A stretch of DNA of 64,000 nt from contig JAGIQG010000008.1 of NCBI GenBank assembly GCA_024679065.1, positions 68,200,001 through 68,264,000 of the forward strand, read 5' to 3'. How positions within the stretch are numbered: position 1 is the first letter of the stretch; each line of letters starts with the position of its first letter. The notes below the pieces were generated by a model. It did not search any database. It was not told the origin of the DNA and saw nothing but the letters and a program-made list of their open reading frames with translations. Positions 22,903 to 35,599 of the stretch are shown one piece after another. This DNA is from Sphyrna mokarran (Eukaryota). Both the position numbers and the translations under genes were made by a program.

Positions 22903-23828
22903 CCGTAGAGACTCTGGAGAGAGTACAGAGGAGATTTACCAGGATGCTGCCTGGCATGGAAGGTCTGAGTTACAAGGAGAGTTTAGGCAAATTGGGGCTG
23001 TCTTCCTTAGAAAGACGTAGACTTAGAGGAGATCTAATAGAGGTGTACAAGATTATGAGGGGTATAGATAGAGTAAACAGGGTTAAGCTTTTTCCTAGAA
23101 TGGACTGGAATAGCATGAGGGGTCATGGGCTTAGGGTGAGGGGGGTAAGGTATAATTTGGATGCTAGAGGGAGTTTTTTCACACAGAGGGTGGTGAGGGT
23201 ATGGAATGCACTGCCAAGTAAAGTGGTGGAGGCAGGCACTCTGGAGTTATTTAAGAAATACTTAGATGGGCACATGAACAGAATAGGAATGGAGGGGTAT
23301 AGAAAACTGATTTAAAATAGGGATCATGAGCTTTGGGAGTCCGTGGGAAGTGTGTAAATAGACGATGATGTTGATGTGCTTGTTTTTATCCTACAGGTGC
23401 TTTGGTCCACCTTATTGTCTAACAAGGGGCATACACGTGATGGGTCGTGGAAGGGTTGCTCTTGGATTTTTCGAGCGTATCCTAGTGCTTCATGTCGTTA
23501 GTGTACGCTTGACCTAGACCATTTGATGGGCAACACGACAGTTCAGTTACTGTTGCTGTGCTGTGCAGATACATGGATTTGGGCTGTGTCTGTGGGAGTT
23601 TGCACATTCTCCCCATGCTTGCGTGGGTTTTCTCCGGGCGCTCCGGTTTCCTCTCACGTCCCAAAGATGTGCTCTTAGGCTAATTGGCAAAACAAATTCT
23701 CCCTAAATTGTCTCAAATTTGGTTTTTAATCCATAGATCTATAAACGTAGACAGGGATCATGGGTAGAGGCGGCATGGGCTCGTTGAGCCAAAGGGCCGG
23801 TTTCCCGTGCTGTTTTGTTCTTTGTTCT
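22903..23828 (+). mobile_element. CR1 3' end with composite 3'UTR containing a V-SINE
   Basis: Intact ORF2 C-terminus ([14 protein letters not shown]...FFTQRVVRVWNALP) with stop at 23315; 513-nt UTR with V-domain; tail tgttctttgttct. Confidence 0.9.
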
Positions 23829-23899
23829 AACATTCACCACTTTTCAGTCCTCTGGCACAATCCCTGTGGACAGTGAGGACTTAAAGATCAAAGCTAACA

Positions 23900-25000
23900 T
23901 CTGTCATAGGAAAAACAGTAGAAGCTATTATTAAAGGTGATACCTAACAGAGCATTTAGAAAAATCAAAGGTTATTGCAGAAAATAATAGCTCATGGTAG
24001 GAGGTAACCTACTGGATTGAAGATTAGCTACCTAACAGAAAACAGAGTTGGCATAAATAGATCTTTTTTTGGTTGGCAGATTGTGATGGGTAGTGGGGCC
24101 TCAACATTTTATAATTTATATAAAAGACTTGTTTGAATTTGCTGATGATACAAAAATATGTAGGAAAGTAAATTGTGAAGGGGATGTAAGGTCGTCATGG
24201 GAAAAAAATCTGGTAAATGGAGTATAACGTGGGTAAATGTGAAATTGCCCATTTTATTAGGAAGAATCAAAAACTTTACAATCTAAATGATGAGAGATTG
24301 CAGAGAGATGTGTGTTCTCATGCATGAATCACAAAAGTCTCGTATACCGATGCAGCAAGTTATTAGCAATGAGTAATTAGCAATAGAATGTTGTTGTTAT
24401 TTTGTGAAGGGAATTAATTACAAAGGTAGGGAGGTTATGCTTCAGTTGTACAGGGCATTGGTGAGACCACATCTAAAATATTGTATACATTATCAGTCTC
24501 CTTGTTAAAGAAAATGCATTAGAAATATTTAAGAGAATGTTAATTAGATTAATACTAAGAATAGGCAGGTTGCCTTATGAGGAAAGGTCTGTATCCATTT
24601 AGAGTTTTGAAGAATAAGAGGCAAACTGATTGAAACATACAAGATCCTAACAGTTCATGACAAGGTGAATGTGGAGACAATGTTTCCTCTTTTCGGAGAA
24701 TCTAGAACTAGAGGTTACTGTTTAAAAACCAGGAGTTGCTCACTTAAGGTAGTGATGAGGGGAACTTATTTTTCTCATGGGTTGTGAGTCTCTGGAACTG
24801 TCTTCCACGGAAGGCAGTGCAGGCAGAGTCTTTGAATATTTTAAGGCAAAGCTGAATAGATTTTTGATTAACAAGAGGATAAAAGTTCATTGGAGATAGA
24901 CAGAAATGTGGGGTTGAGATTATAATCAGATCAACGTGAACTTATCAAATAATGGAGGAAATTTGAGGGGCTGAGTGGCCTTCTCATTTTACAATTCAGA
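23900..25000 (+). mobile_element. Old degenerate CR1 ORF2 3' half
   Basis: FADDTK, LVRPHL and CR1 3'UTR remnants. Confidence 0.75.
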
Positions 25001-25085
25001 TTACCAAAAGTAGAAGTTCCCAGACAGGTGCTGGGTTACACAACACAATCACATGATTAGAAATTTTAAGTCATGGCTGAAGTCC

Positions 25086-25173
25086 AGACTTAAACCTGGT
25101 TGGACTTAAACCTAGTATTGTCAGACTCCTTCATGTATTTACCCCAGTCTAACACTAGCATCTTCTCATCATA
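25086..25173 (+). mobile_element. Penelope-type 3' terminal fragment
   Basis: taaacctggttggacttaaacct...accccagtctaacactagcatcttctcatcat; candidate TSD aagtcc. Confidence 0.6.
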
Positions 25174-25719
25174 AAGTCCTTTTGACGTTATTGGCAATAA
25201 AGACTGTAATCCTCAGTCACCAACTTCAGTTGTGCTATGTTTCAGTCACAAAGTAGTGAATTCTGTGTTGGTATTTTAGGTGAAAAACAATGACAGTATA
25301 CTTGCAGATTTCCAAAACAGCTTCGGTAAAAATAGGGAAATCCTTTTCCTGTTTCATGAGCTTTTTGACAATTTTCCTCAGCAATGTTTGCAAAGAGAAA
25401 GTAAAGCTTATAATCTAAAACAAGGTTTATTCACAATTCTTCCAGAACAAAAGCAAGGAAGGCAGAAAGTGGTTAAAGCATGAATGTTCCCAGTTTTGTC
25501 GTTGTCTCCCAAGTATAACAATCAATGAACAATTTATTAGCCTGTCTCAATAATTAATAAACACCTTCCATGCATTGTGGAGGGAGGAACCTGGTTCCCA
25601 GTACTCAGTAGATTATCTGGCATAGACCTCTCCATTCAGACTACAGAGGTGAAAAACTGCTGATAACAGAATCAGATTTAATACAGAAAACTGCGAAGGC
25701 AGTCAATTACAGCAAAACT

Positions 25720-25830
25720 GAGACATTAACTCTGTTTCTTGCTCCACAGATACTGTCTGATCTGTTGAGTATTTCCAGCACTTTCTGTTTTGATTTCAGA
25801 TTTCCAGCATCAGTGGTATTTTACTTTTGT
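25720..25830 (+). mobile_element. Penelope-type terminal repeat fragment, second family (related copies ~49190-49332, ~54450-54580)
   Basis: ttaactctgtttct...ccacagat...tttccagca...tttcagatttccagcatc motif shared with 14200-14295. Confidence 0.65.
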
Positions 25831-26194
25831 GAAGGTGCAAGGAGATTGATATGCTAAACAGAAACTAGAAATTATCAAGCAAGGTGACTCACTTGACATG
25901 GAATGTGCAGCATACACATTAATTTGTATTGTTTTACAGAAAAATACTAAATATGTGGCATCATGTCTCTGCAAGAAGGGGCTTTTCCATTCACAGTCCA
26001 TAGTTCTGTACATTATTGGCACCTCCAGCACATTTCCAGTTCGGTAAATATCTGCTGAGAGTTTCCACCTCCACTACGTGAGTTCAAAATCTCAATCCCT
26101 GGCAGTGTCCTCATAAATCTCCTTTGTACCCTGTCTATTGCTGTCACAATTCCTGCAATGTAAACTAAACACACAGACTGAATCATTTCTTTTC

Positions 26195-26925
26195 TTATTC
26201 ATTCTTGGGAAGTGAGCACCGCAGATAAGACCAGCATTTATTGCCCATACCTAATTACCTCTGAGAAGATGATGCAAGTCTCTGCCTTGAATTGCTGCGG
26301 TCCACATGGTATGCGAGTGCCGGGAGGAAGAGAGCTGCAGGATTTTGACCAGCAACAGTGAAGGACTGGTGATATAGTTCCAAGTCAGGATGGTGTGTGA
26401 TTGGAGAGGAACTTGGATGGTGGTGTATACATGCATCTGCTATCATTTTTAGTGGGAAAGATTGCGGATTGACAAGGAGCTGTTGAAGGCGGCTTGGGAG
26501 TTTGCTGCATCTTGTAAATGGTACATTGCTGTTATTGTGTCAGTGTTGGAGGGGGTGAATGTTTAAGTTGGCGAATGGGCAGTCATGCAAGAAACCTAAC
26601 CACTTTTCTATGACATTTAATCGTACTAACGTTGTTGAATTCCCCACCATCAATAGTCTGGGGTTACCATTGACCAGAGCCTGAACTGGACTAGCCAAAT
26701 AAATAATGTCACTACAAGAACAATTGAGTAATTCCCCTCAAGTGATATGCTTTGCCCTTTGCTTCTTGAGCATTGTTGGACTGCAGTCATCCCGGCAAAT
26801 GGAGAGTATTCCATCCAACTTCTAACTTTGCCTTTTAGACATTGGACAGACTTTGGGGAGCCAGGAGGAAGTTGATGGTGGAGGATTTAGTATGTTAACG
26901 CCATTGCATGTCAAAGGGAAGATAA
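26195..26925 (-). mobile_element. CR1/L2-type LINE (second family) with internally inverted segment ~26590-26725
   Basis: Flanks match the 21030 family on minus; middle segment (GVTIDQSLNW) reads on plus. Confidence 0.65.
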
Positions 26926-28939
26926 CTTTCAATTACTCAGTAGCTCAAAGATAAATTGTACTGATTCAATTATTGCACCTAATTCAATTATTATAGCAAT
27001 GCTGACCTTTAAAATGCAGCAGCTTAATGGTTTGATTTATACCTGGCTCCATCATACCAAACTTTTCTTGGTCCGCCTTTGAATCATTTGGAGGAACATA
27101 AGAGAGATTTCACACGAAGGACACAATGTTCACTTTGACTATCAAGAGGTATGATGCTTCTCACATAATTAGATACAAGCAGAACAAAAGCAGCATACAA
27201 ATATTCTATGATCTTATTGCAGAAGTGACTGTCACTATGGAACCAGAGAAGGATACAAATCCATAATGGCTGTTAATCTTCAGCATGAGGTTTTAATGCT
27301 AATAGTTCTTATGAATATCACGCAAGGAATTAATCATCTTACGTGTTGTCTGGGAATAATTGCAAGCAATATTCCTTATCTTTACAGCTTTTTTAAAGAA
27401 GAAAACTCTGAATTTTTGCTGCCTATACGATAGTACCAGCTTAAGGTACAACTGTTTCCCCACAGGATCAGTTTGCCCTCAGTGTGATAGTGGGTTTGCT
27501 GAAATGAAAGACACAATCACAGAGCTTATTTGTTTTCAGAGCTCTCATGAGACAGTACAGAAGCTGCATTGTGTACACGCAAATTAAAAATTCTAGTACG
27601 AAAGCGAGCAACCAGTTTATGCTATTTTTGATTAATGTATTTTTACAAGATGCTGACTGATTTCCAATTCTTTCATCATTTTAATATTTATTCCAAGGCA
27701 AAACTTAGAGAAACACAAATTCAAAAATACAAAGATATGAGAAAATGTATTAATATTTACAGGAATATTGTTTCATTAAGGAAAAATCAGTGAGAATCAG
27801 AGTTAAATATATTTATCATTTACAATTCCAGCATTTAGATTTTGTGTATTCAATATACGCTGAACTTTTGCCTTTTAGATATTAAAAAAATCTTTTATCT
27901 AATTTGAGAAAATATGAAATAAACATTGAAAATTCCTGGGAATTGTTTGCAGGGATAAAGGCCAGCGGCATGTGGCTCAGAATATTGATATTGCCGTTGT
28001 TGTCAAAAGCTGTGATTTAGAATCAGGATCTCTCCTCCACAGTATATCATTTTTATGACTGTAATCTGCCACTTCTCTCCCTTACTTTCTTGCACTGGTT
28101 CAAGGATTTTTCCATTAGTCTCATATAATTAATTTTCAACATACATCAAAAGCCCCAGATCTTAAGCATCTCCAGTTTTCAAGGTCCAGGCCATAAATGT
28201 TTTTCTGTTTTAATCACTGACATGATTTGATAGTTGCAGAGAAACGTGTCCATATTAGAAGCCACGATTGCTATTTCTGTTCAATTCCATCAGCCACCTG
28301 CGATCCCACTGCTCAATAAACAATGTGATCCACTTGCCATTTATCCATAATCAATTTATGGTCAGTTTTCTTTCTCTCTGTTAGCTGTGACAATTAACTT
28401 CTAATTTTAGCTAAGCTATTACTGAAAGCTAGCAAGTGATGGGTTACAAACTTGTGTGAGATATTGAGGAAATATTGTGCTTGCTTTCACATGAATGGGT
28501 AAATCATTTCCCATCATTCTGTCCAGGTGACTGTTAAAATGATTAATGTCCTTTAATGGTTAATGTAAGGTGAATGTCCTTTGGTTTTATTTGAGTAAGT
28601 GTAGGAGAATTTTCCCATTGTCCTTACTGACCAGTAGCACCTAAAGGATTATTTGCTGGCAATTCCCCATCACTTGGAAATTTCTCTCTTGATGCAGAAG
28701 GAAGCTAAACTGTAGGGCCCTCTTCACAACACTCAGATGCAGGAACAATTACTGCAGATATTCACTTTCCCGACAGACGAAAATGGTTTGTATGTAACAA
28801 GAGGAAGCAACAAACAAAATCAAATCCTACACTCTGCAATATATATCTGGATGTTAACATTGAGTACATTTCATTCAGAAGCACAAGCTGGGATTACTTG
28901 TTTGATTTGACTTTTCAGGAAAATATCCTATAACTGCAA

Positions 28940-29286
28940 ACCCTTACAGTGCAGAAAGAGGCTATTAGGCTCATTGAGAACATGCTGACTCTCTGAAAGA
29001 GCATCTTATCAGCAACTCTCCCCCACAACCCAGTCCCATCGCGTGCATCCTTGATCCTTGTAAAACTGCACATTTACTGTGGCTAATCTGCCTAATTTAC
29101 ACATTTTTGGATACTAAGGGGCAATTTAGCATGGCCAATCCACCTAACCTGGAGAGATCTTTGGACTGTGGGAGCAAACCGGAGCATCCAGAGGAAACGC
29201 ATGCAAACACAGTCACCAAAGGCTGGAATTGAACTCAGGATCCTGGCATTGAGACAACCGAGTTAACAACTCTGCCACATGCTCCC
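28940..29286 (-). mobile_element. HE1-like V-SINE
   Basis: ggggcaatttagcatggccaatccacctaacc...ttggactgtgggag V-domain; CR1-type tail. Confidence 0.8.
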
Positions 29287-29815
29287 TTTGATTTCCCAGG
29301 GCTTAAGAAACCTGAAGTTTTTGAGGGAATGTTAATGTCTTTACAGCACTGCTTGTAGGCTATATGAGTAGCAGAAGCGCTTTTAATGTATCACTCCCTC
29401 ACCTCCCCCCATTTTCCACCTCTTTTCCCCCAGCAACCAGCTTGGAATGTCAAGCTCTCACTAGATGCTTCAATTTTTGGGTTGTGCTGAGTTACTTAGT
29501 TAACACTTGGGAAGGTGGTCAGGGTACAACTCTCAGCATCATTGCACTGGTTTATATAAATTCCACCTGGAAAATGGCACATGTGGTTGATGGCTGAGGA
29601 TGAGATCAGTATTGGTGATACCTAATAGCCTGATGGAATTCATTGTTTCATAACAGAAGAGTGGTTCCTGTGTGTGGTGCATGTGGAATAGTACTCAGTC
29701 ACAGTACTCTTCATTTCTGCAGCCTCTTTAATCCAAGAGGGGGATATTTGAGTTGGTGACTAAACACTTGACCAAAGAGATCGGCTTTAAGTGGCGCCTT
29801 AAAGGAGGAGAGGAA

Positions 29816-30068
29816 CAGCGTGGTGGCAAAATGGTTAGCACTGCTGCCTCACAGTGCCATGGACCAGGGTTCTACCCGCAACTTGGGCCACTGTCTGTGT
29901 GGAGTTTGCAGGTTCTCCCCGTGTCTGCGTGGGTTTGTTCCAGTCGCTTCAGTTTCCCCCTCGGTCAGGTGCATTGACCTGACAAGCACCAGAGTGTGGT
30001 GACTAGGGGAATTTCACAGTAGCTTCATTGCCATGTTGTAAGCCTTACTTGTGACTAATAAATAAATG
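29816..30068 (+). mobile_element. HE1-like V-SINE with non-CR1 tail
   Basis: tggttagcactgctgcctcacag head; tail gtgactagggg...ttacttgtgactaataaataaa. Confidence 0.8.
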
Positions 30069-31199
30069 TTACTTTGGAGTGCTGAATGTTTGGGAGAATA
30101 AAATGCAAGGGTTAGAACTTAGATGGCTGAAGAAATGATCATTGATGGTGGGTTAAAAATGATTGAGGGACAGGAATTGGAGAAATGTTGAGTTCTCAGT
30201 GGATTGAAGGACAAGAATTAAAAGTAATTTTTCAGCTGAGGCAGAGGACTGGGGGAGAGAGACGACAAGAAGCAAACTGGAGGGAAAAAAAATCAGCATT
30301 AGTGTTTAATTACAGTTTTAAGCTTGAATTTGTATTATGCAGATCTACACAAATGCAGAATTTTGTCAGAAGAGAAACAGATGTAGAAACTATAGTTCAT
30401 GATTATTGATAATGAAGTTGTGCCAGCTTCAGGACCAAAGATCCATTAGCTACAGATAGTCTATTTGTGGGGTCTTAGTTTGGGAGCATCAATTCAAACA
30501 TTATGGTCTTACTAAAGCAGCAGAATCATTTGGTAAAATACTAGACGTGCTTGGAGGTCGTCCATGATGATCCATAAGGAATAACTTTTTTTGGTAAGAT
30601 AATTTTCTTTTAATGAAACATTCATAAAACATGAGCTCACTACAGCACAAATCTTGTAGCTTACATCCTTTGACTACAAAGTCTTTAAATAGATTTCTAT
30701 CATTTATAATTCTGAAAAGCTCAAAATATTATTGAAATTATTGTTGACAACCATTGAGATAATGTCCCCAATGTAAATATTATATTTGGTTCTCCCAAAA
30801 AGGCTTACAGATCTCTTCTGCAAGTTAAGGGAAATTGAAGAGGAACGTATTCTTACAATAAAAGTGCATCTTCCCTCCTAGCAAGCTTGAGTCGAGTGTG
30901 GAAATTCTGAAGTTGCAGACAGTGCTCTGTGGACCACCTGACACCCCCAGAGCTGGCAAAAGTAAAATCTGTGAGAGCTTTATCTTTCCAATCACATGTT
31001 GTTGTTAGAAATCATGTTAAAAAAAGATTTTAAAAAGATTCATAAAATTCTGACAAACAATAGAATTTTTCCTAATGAAGTAACTTGATAATCCTTGCAA
31101 AGTTGCTGTGCCTTTTAAGGAATGTATTTGTTTTGTTTCTTGTGTGGGGTTTGTTTTAGCAGTTAGTAGTATTATCAGTGTCCTTGTGTCTGGATCTGA

Positions 31200-31938
31200 C
31201 AGCACATGTGGTTACTGAAGCAGCATAATTGATCTTAATTGCTGGAATATTTGTGTTAATCTGTGCTGATGCAATGTTGTTGTTTGTTGTTTTCCCCTGG
31301 GGTTTTTCAGAGTGGGGCTTGATTAGATTAGTTGACAATTAAGGCCACGTGACTAGGTCGGGCTAGGTTCACAGAAGGAAATGTAGCTCAGTTGCTGTTT
31401 AGGAGCTGGAGAGAGAAGAAATAGCTCTTTGTCTTTTTCTCTCTCTGGGGATTATCCCAGAAAATACATCTCTTTCTCTGATGTTCTACTGCTTGAAACT
31501 GAAACTGCTGTACGGAAGTCAGAAGACAGGTGTTTTTCTAGCATCTTCAGGAGCATGACTATTTTTGCCTCTATTTGATTTAGAAGAAAGATATATGTCT
31601 ATGGAGCTATCACTTAAATTGGAACTATAGAGATAGATAGTTGTTATGTTTAAGTATTTTAATTGGTACAAGTTGTGCTAATTTTTGTTACATTCTAACA
31701 TATTCTGTACATTCTTGTATTCTATTTTGGTACAATTTTGGTTGGCAAGGGGCCTGTTCCTGTGCTGTACTTTTTTTCCTCTGTGTTCTTAAACAAAGTT
31801 TGTTTCAGTAAAAACTACCTTGTGGGTCAATAAAATCATACCTGAAGCAAAACATCTAACTTTAATCCCAAGATCAAATAAAGTCCATGCTAACTTCACA
31901 ATCTACCTTGGAGGCTCTTATTTGGTCCCTGACATAAT
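31200..31938. mobile_element. Probable LTR remnant
   Basis: Right end resembles 16460-16615. Confidence 0.35.
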
Positions 31939-32119
31939 GGATGTCTATAAAATGATGAATTTGACTTTTAAATTAAGTACTTAATTTTTAAGTTTTTCAG
32001 AATATTTTAGCTTCTGGTTTTTTTTGCCTGTGTATTTTCCAATCTTGAATTTACTTTATGTAAAAAGAAAAAAGTGATCTGAGTGTCCTGTCTGGTTATG
32101 TGAAAATGTTTTGATGTAA

Positions 32120-32440
32120 GGGCGGCACGATCGCACAGTGGTTAGCACTGATGCTTCACAGTGCCAGAAACTTAGATTCAATTCCAGCCTTGGGTGACTG
32201 TGGAGTTTACACATTCTCTCCATGTCTGCATAGATTTCCTCCGGGTGCTCTGGTTTCTTTTCATACTCCAAAGATGTGTGGGTTAGGTTGATTGGTCATG
32301 TTAAATTGATACTAGCATGAGGGGGATTAGCAGAGTAAATACATGGGGTTATGGGGATAGGGCTTGGATGGGATTGTTGTTGGTACAGATTTGATGGACC
32401 AAATGGCTTAATTCTGTACTGTAGGGATTTTATGATTCTA
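32120..32440 (+). mobile_element. Full-length HE1-like V-SINE
   Basis: gggcggcacg...gtggttagcac head, V-domain, CR1-type tail ...tatgattcta. Confidence 0.9.
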
Positions 32441-32782
32441 CATTAATTGGGTGCTTGGACAGAATAATAACATCACCAGATCTCCACTCTGAAAGTCCAA
32501 CGTAGAATCTTGCTATCAGCTGGAGGATCACTGTTCGGTGATAGAGGTGAAATTTTCATCCGAGAAATTATTAAATTTCACAAGACTTCCTTCGATATCG
32601 TTGGTAGGAGCCCCTGCTACAGTGCTGGCTGCAAATTCTAGGTCTTTGACTATGGACAAAACACAAAAAAAATTTGATGGGAATCTGGTGGCTCCACCTG
32701 TCTCAGGGTAAAGTATTACTTCAGTGGTTTTTATCCATTGTGATATGAATATTGAAAACTGAGATCACAGTGCCACTACAGC

Positions 32783-34350
32783 AACATAGAACATAGAACA
32801 TAGAACAATACAGCACAGAACAGGCCCTTCGGCCCTCGATGTTGTGCCGACCAAAATAAAAAGCAATGCCCCTCCTAACTAAACCATTCCCTTCTCATCC
32901 ATATACTTATCAACTAACCTCTTAAACGCCACCAAACTTGGCGCATCCACAACAGCTGCAGGCAGGGCCTTCCACTCCCTAATCACTCTTTGAGTAAAGA
33001 ACCTACCTCTGATATCCGTCCTATAACTCATACCCCTTAATTTAAAGTTGTGTCCCCTCGTGCTAGCTTTCTCCATCCTAGGAAAAAGGCTATCACTGTC
33101 CACACTATCCAAACCTCTAATCATCTTATATGCTTCAATAAGATCCCCTCTTAGCCGCCTCCTTTCTAACGAAAACAACCTCAAATCCTTCAACATCTCT
33201 TCATAGGACCTGCCCTCCATACCAGGCAACATCCTGGTAAACCTCCTCTGTACCCTCTCCAATGCCTCCACATCTTCTTATAATGTGGGGACCAGAACTG
33301 CACACAATACTCCAAGTGCGGCCGCACTAGAGTTTTGTACAGCTGCAACATGATGATGCGGCTCCTAAATTCAATCCCCCTACCAATAAAAGCTAAGACT
33401 CCATAAGCCTTCTTAACAACTTTATCCACTTGACTGCCTACTTTCAGGGATCTATGACACATACACCAAGATCCTTCTGTTCCTCAACACTATTAAGAGC
33501 CCTACCATTAGCCCTATACTCTACACATTTATTGTTCCTGACAAAGTGCATTACCTCACACTTTTCCACATTAAACTCCATTTGCCACCTCTCGGCCCAG
33601 CTCTGAAACTTGTCCAAGTCACTCTGTAAACTAAAACACCCCTCTTCACTATCTACCACACCACCAACTTTAGTATCATCTGCAAATTTACTGATCCATC
33701 CCTCAATACCTCATCCAGATCATTTATAAAAATTACAAACAGCAGGGGCCCCAAAACAGACCCCTGAGGCACACCACTCGTCACCGAACTCCACGAAGAA
33801 AATCTCCCATCAACCACCACCCTCTGTGGTAATGCAGACAATTACAATCCATTCGATCAAATATCTGCCACTTGTATGAATTTAATATATGATAGATAAC
33901 AAACATATCTCCATAAGCCTCCATAAGCCTTCTTAACAACTTTATCCACTTGACTGCCTACTTTCAGGGATCTATTGACACATACACCAAGATCCTTCTG
34001 TTCCTCAACACTATTAAGAGCCCTACCATTAGCCCTATACTCTACACATTTATTGGTCCTGCCAAAGTGCATTACCTCACACTTTTCCACATTAAACTCC
34101 ATTTGCCACCTCTCGGCCCAGCTCTGCAACTTGTCCAAGTCACTCTGTAAACTAAAAACACCCCTCTTCACTATCTACCACACCACCAACTTTAGTATCA
34201 TCTGCAAATTTACTGATCCATCCCTCAATACCCTCATCCAGATCATTTATAAAAATTACAAACAGCAGGGGCCCCAAAACAGACCCCTGAGGCACACCAC
34301 TCGTCACCGAACTCCACGAAGAAAATCTCCCATCAACCACCACCCTCTGT
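32783..34350 (-). mobile_element. Young CR1, 5'-truncated, partly tandem-duplicated
   Basis: [38 protein letters not shown]; (aacatag)n tail at 32783-32808. Confidence 0.93.
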
Positions 34351-34431
34351 GGTAATGCAGACAATTACAATCCATTCGATCAAATATCTGCCACTTGTAT
34401 GAATTTAATATATGATAGATAACAAACATAT
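33399..34431. repeat. ~510-bp tandem duplication (33399-33908 and 33919-34431)
   Basis: Near-identical units with an extra ctccataagc decamer at the junction. Confidence 0.9.
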
Positions 34432-34434
34432 GTC

Positions 34435-34840
34435 GCCTGTAGCTCAATTGGTAACAATCTCACCATACAATTCCAGGTTCAAGTCCCACCTCAGGGCTTC
34501 AGTACAAAAGGCTCACATTCCATTGCAATACTGAGGGACAGCCTCAATGTCAGAGCTACCATCCCTCAGATAAGATCTGAGGCCTCTATCTGCCTGCTTT
34601 GGTGGATGTAAAAGTTCTTAATTTGGAGAAAAACTGAGGAGTGATTCCGTGTCCTGGCCAACGTTGGTTTAATCCCTCATTCGATATCACCAAATGGATT
34701 ATTATTGGGTCATTATTACATTGTTGGTTGTGGGAGTTTGCTATGTCCAAATTGGTTATGACCGTGACTATGTTTCATTGGTTGCAAAGTGCTTTGAAAC
34801 ATCTGATTGTTATGAAAAACATTATAGTTGTAAGTCTTTT
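34435..34840 (+). mobile_element. DeuSINE (SacSINE1-like), near full length and old
   Basis: tagctcaattggta (A box-like), ggttcaagtccc (B box), then gcaatactgaggga...ggtggatgtaaaag...gtgtcctggccaa Deu-like domain. Confidence 0.75.
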
Positions 34841-35336
34841 GTTTATGTCCATCACCAATAACCTCTTGTATTCAGTGGTAATTCCTGTAAACAAACGTGA
34901 TATTTCTCAGAATTAGCTGCATGGCTGTACCTAGTTATGAGATACTTTGATCCAGGGACAACTGCCCATTATTTAAATTGATGCCATGCCTTCAGGTGCA
35001 CATTTTCAGTTTTATTGTAGATGGTCTTTTCCCTACGTTTTACAATTGACTGTACAGGATAACAATTGCAGCAAGTTTGAATGACTTCAACTTAGTCTCT
35101 AGCATCTGCAGCTGGAATCATTTCAAGATATATGTTGGGCCTGAGCAGCACTATTGCCAAGGTAGTTGGGCATTACTTGACCCTCCACAGCTCCATTGAT
35201 CATCCTTCCAGATGGGGTTTTTCATCTATTCAATGCCCAAAAGAAAGTTGCAGGATTGATTCCTATCTAGAGACTTTTGGTACATTTGTCAATTAAACTT
35301 GCTTCCAAAGAACCCCACCTTCTCTTGAAAGGAACT

Positions 35337-35558
35337 TAGAACATAGAAGAACTACAACACAAACAGGTCCTTCAGCCCACAAGTTGCGCCAAAGGTATCC
35401 TAAAAACTCGGCTTATCTAAAACCTCTATCTTACTAAATCCCATGTACTTATCCAAAAGTTTCTTAAAACACCTTATTAAATCCGCCTCCACCACGACTG
35501 CTGGCAGCCGAGTCCACGCACCCACCACCCTCTGAGTGAACAACTTACCCCTGATATC
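35337..35558 (-). mobile_element. CR1 3' end fragment
   Basis: agaacatagaa tail; FTQRVV motif on minus. Confidence 0.75.
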
Positions 35559-35599
35559 TTGATCTTCGTGCAACTGGAAGGAAAAAATTGAAAGAATGG

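Noticed and set aside
32120-32190. tRNA genes at SINE heads
   Set aside because: A/B-box-like heads run directly into SINE bodies; no complete cloverleaf.
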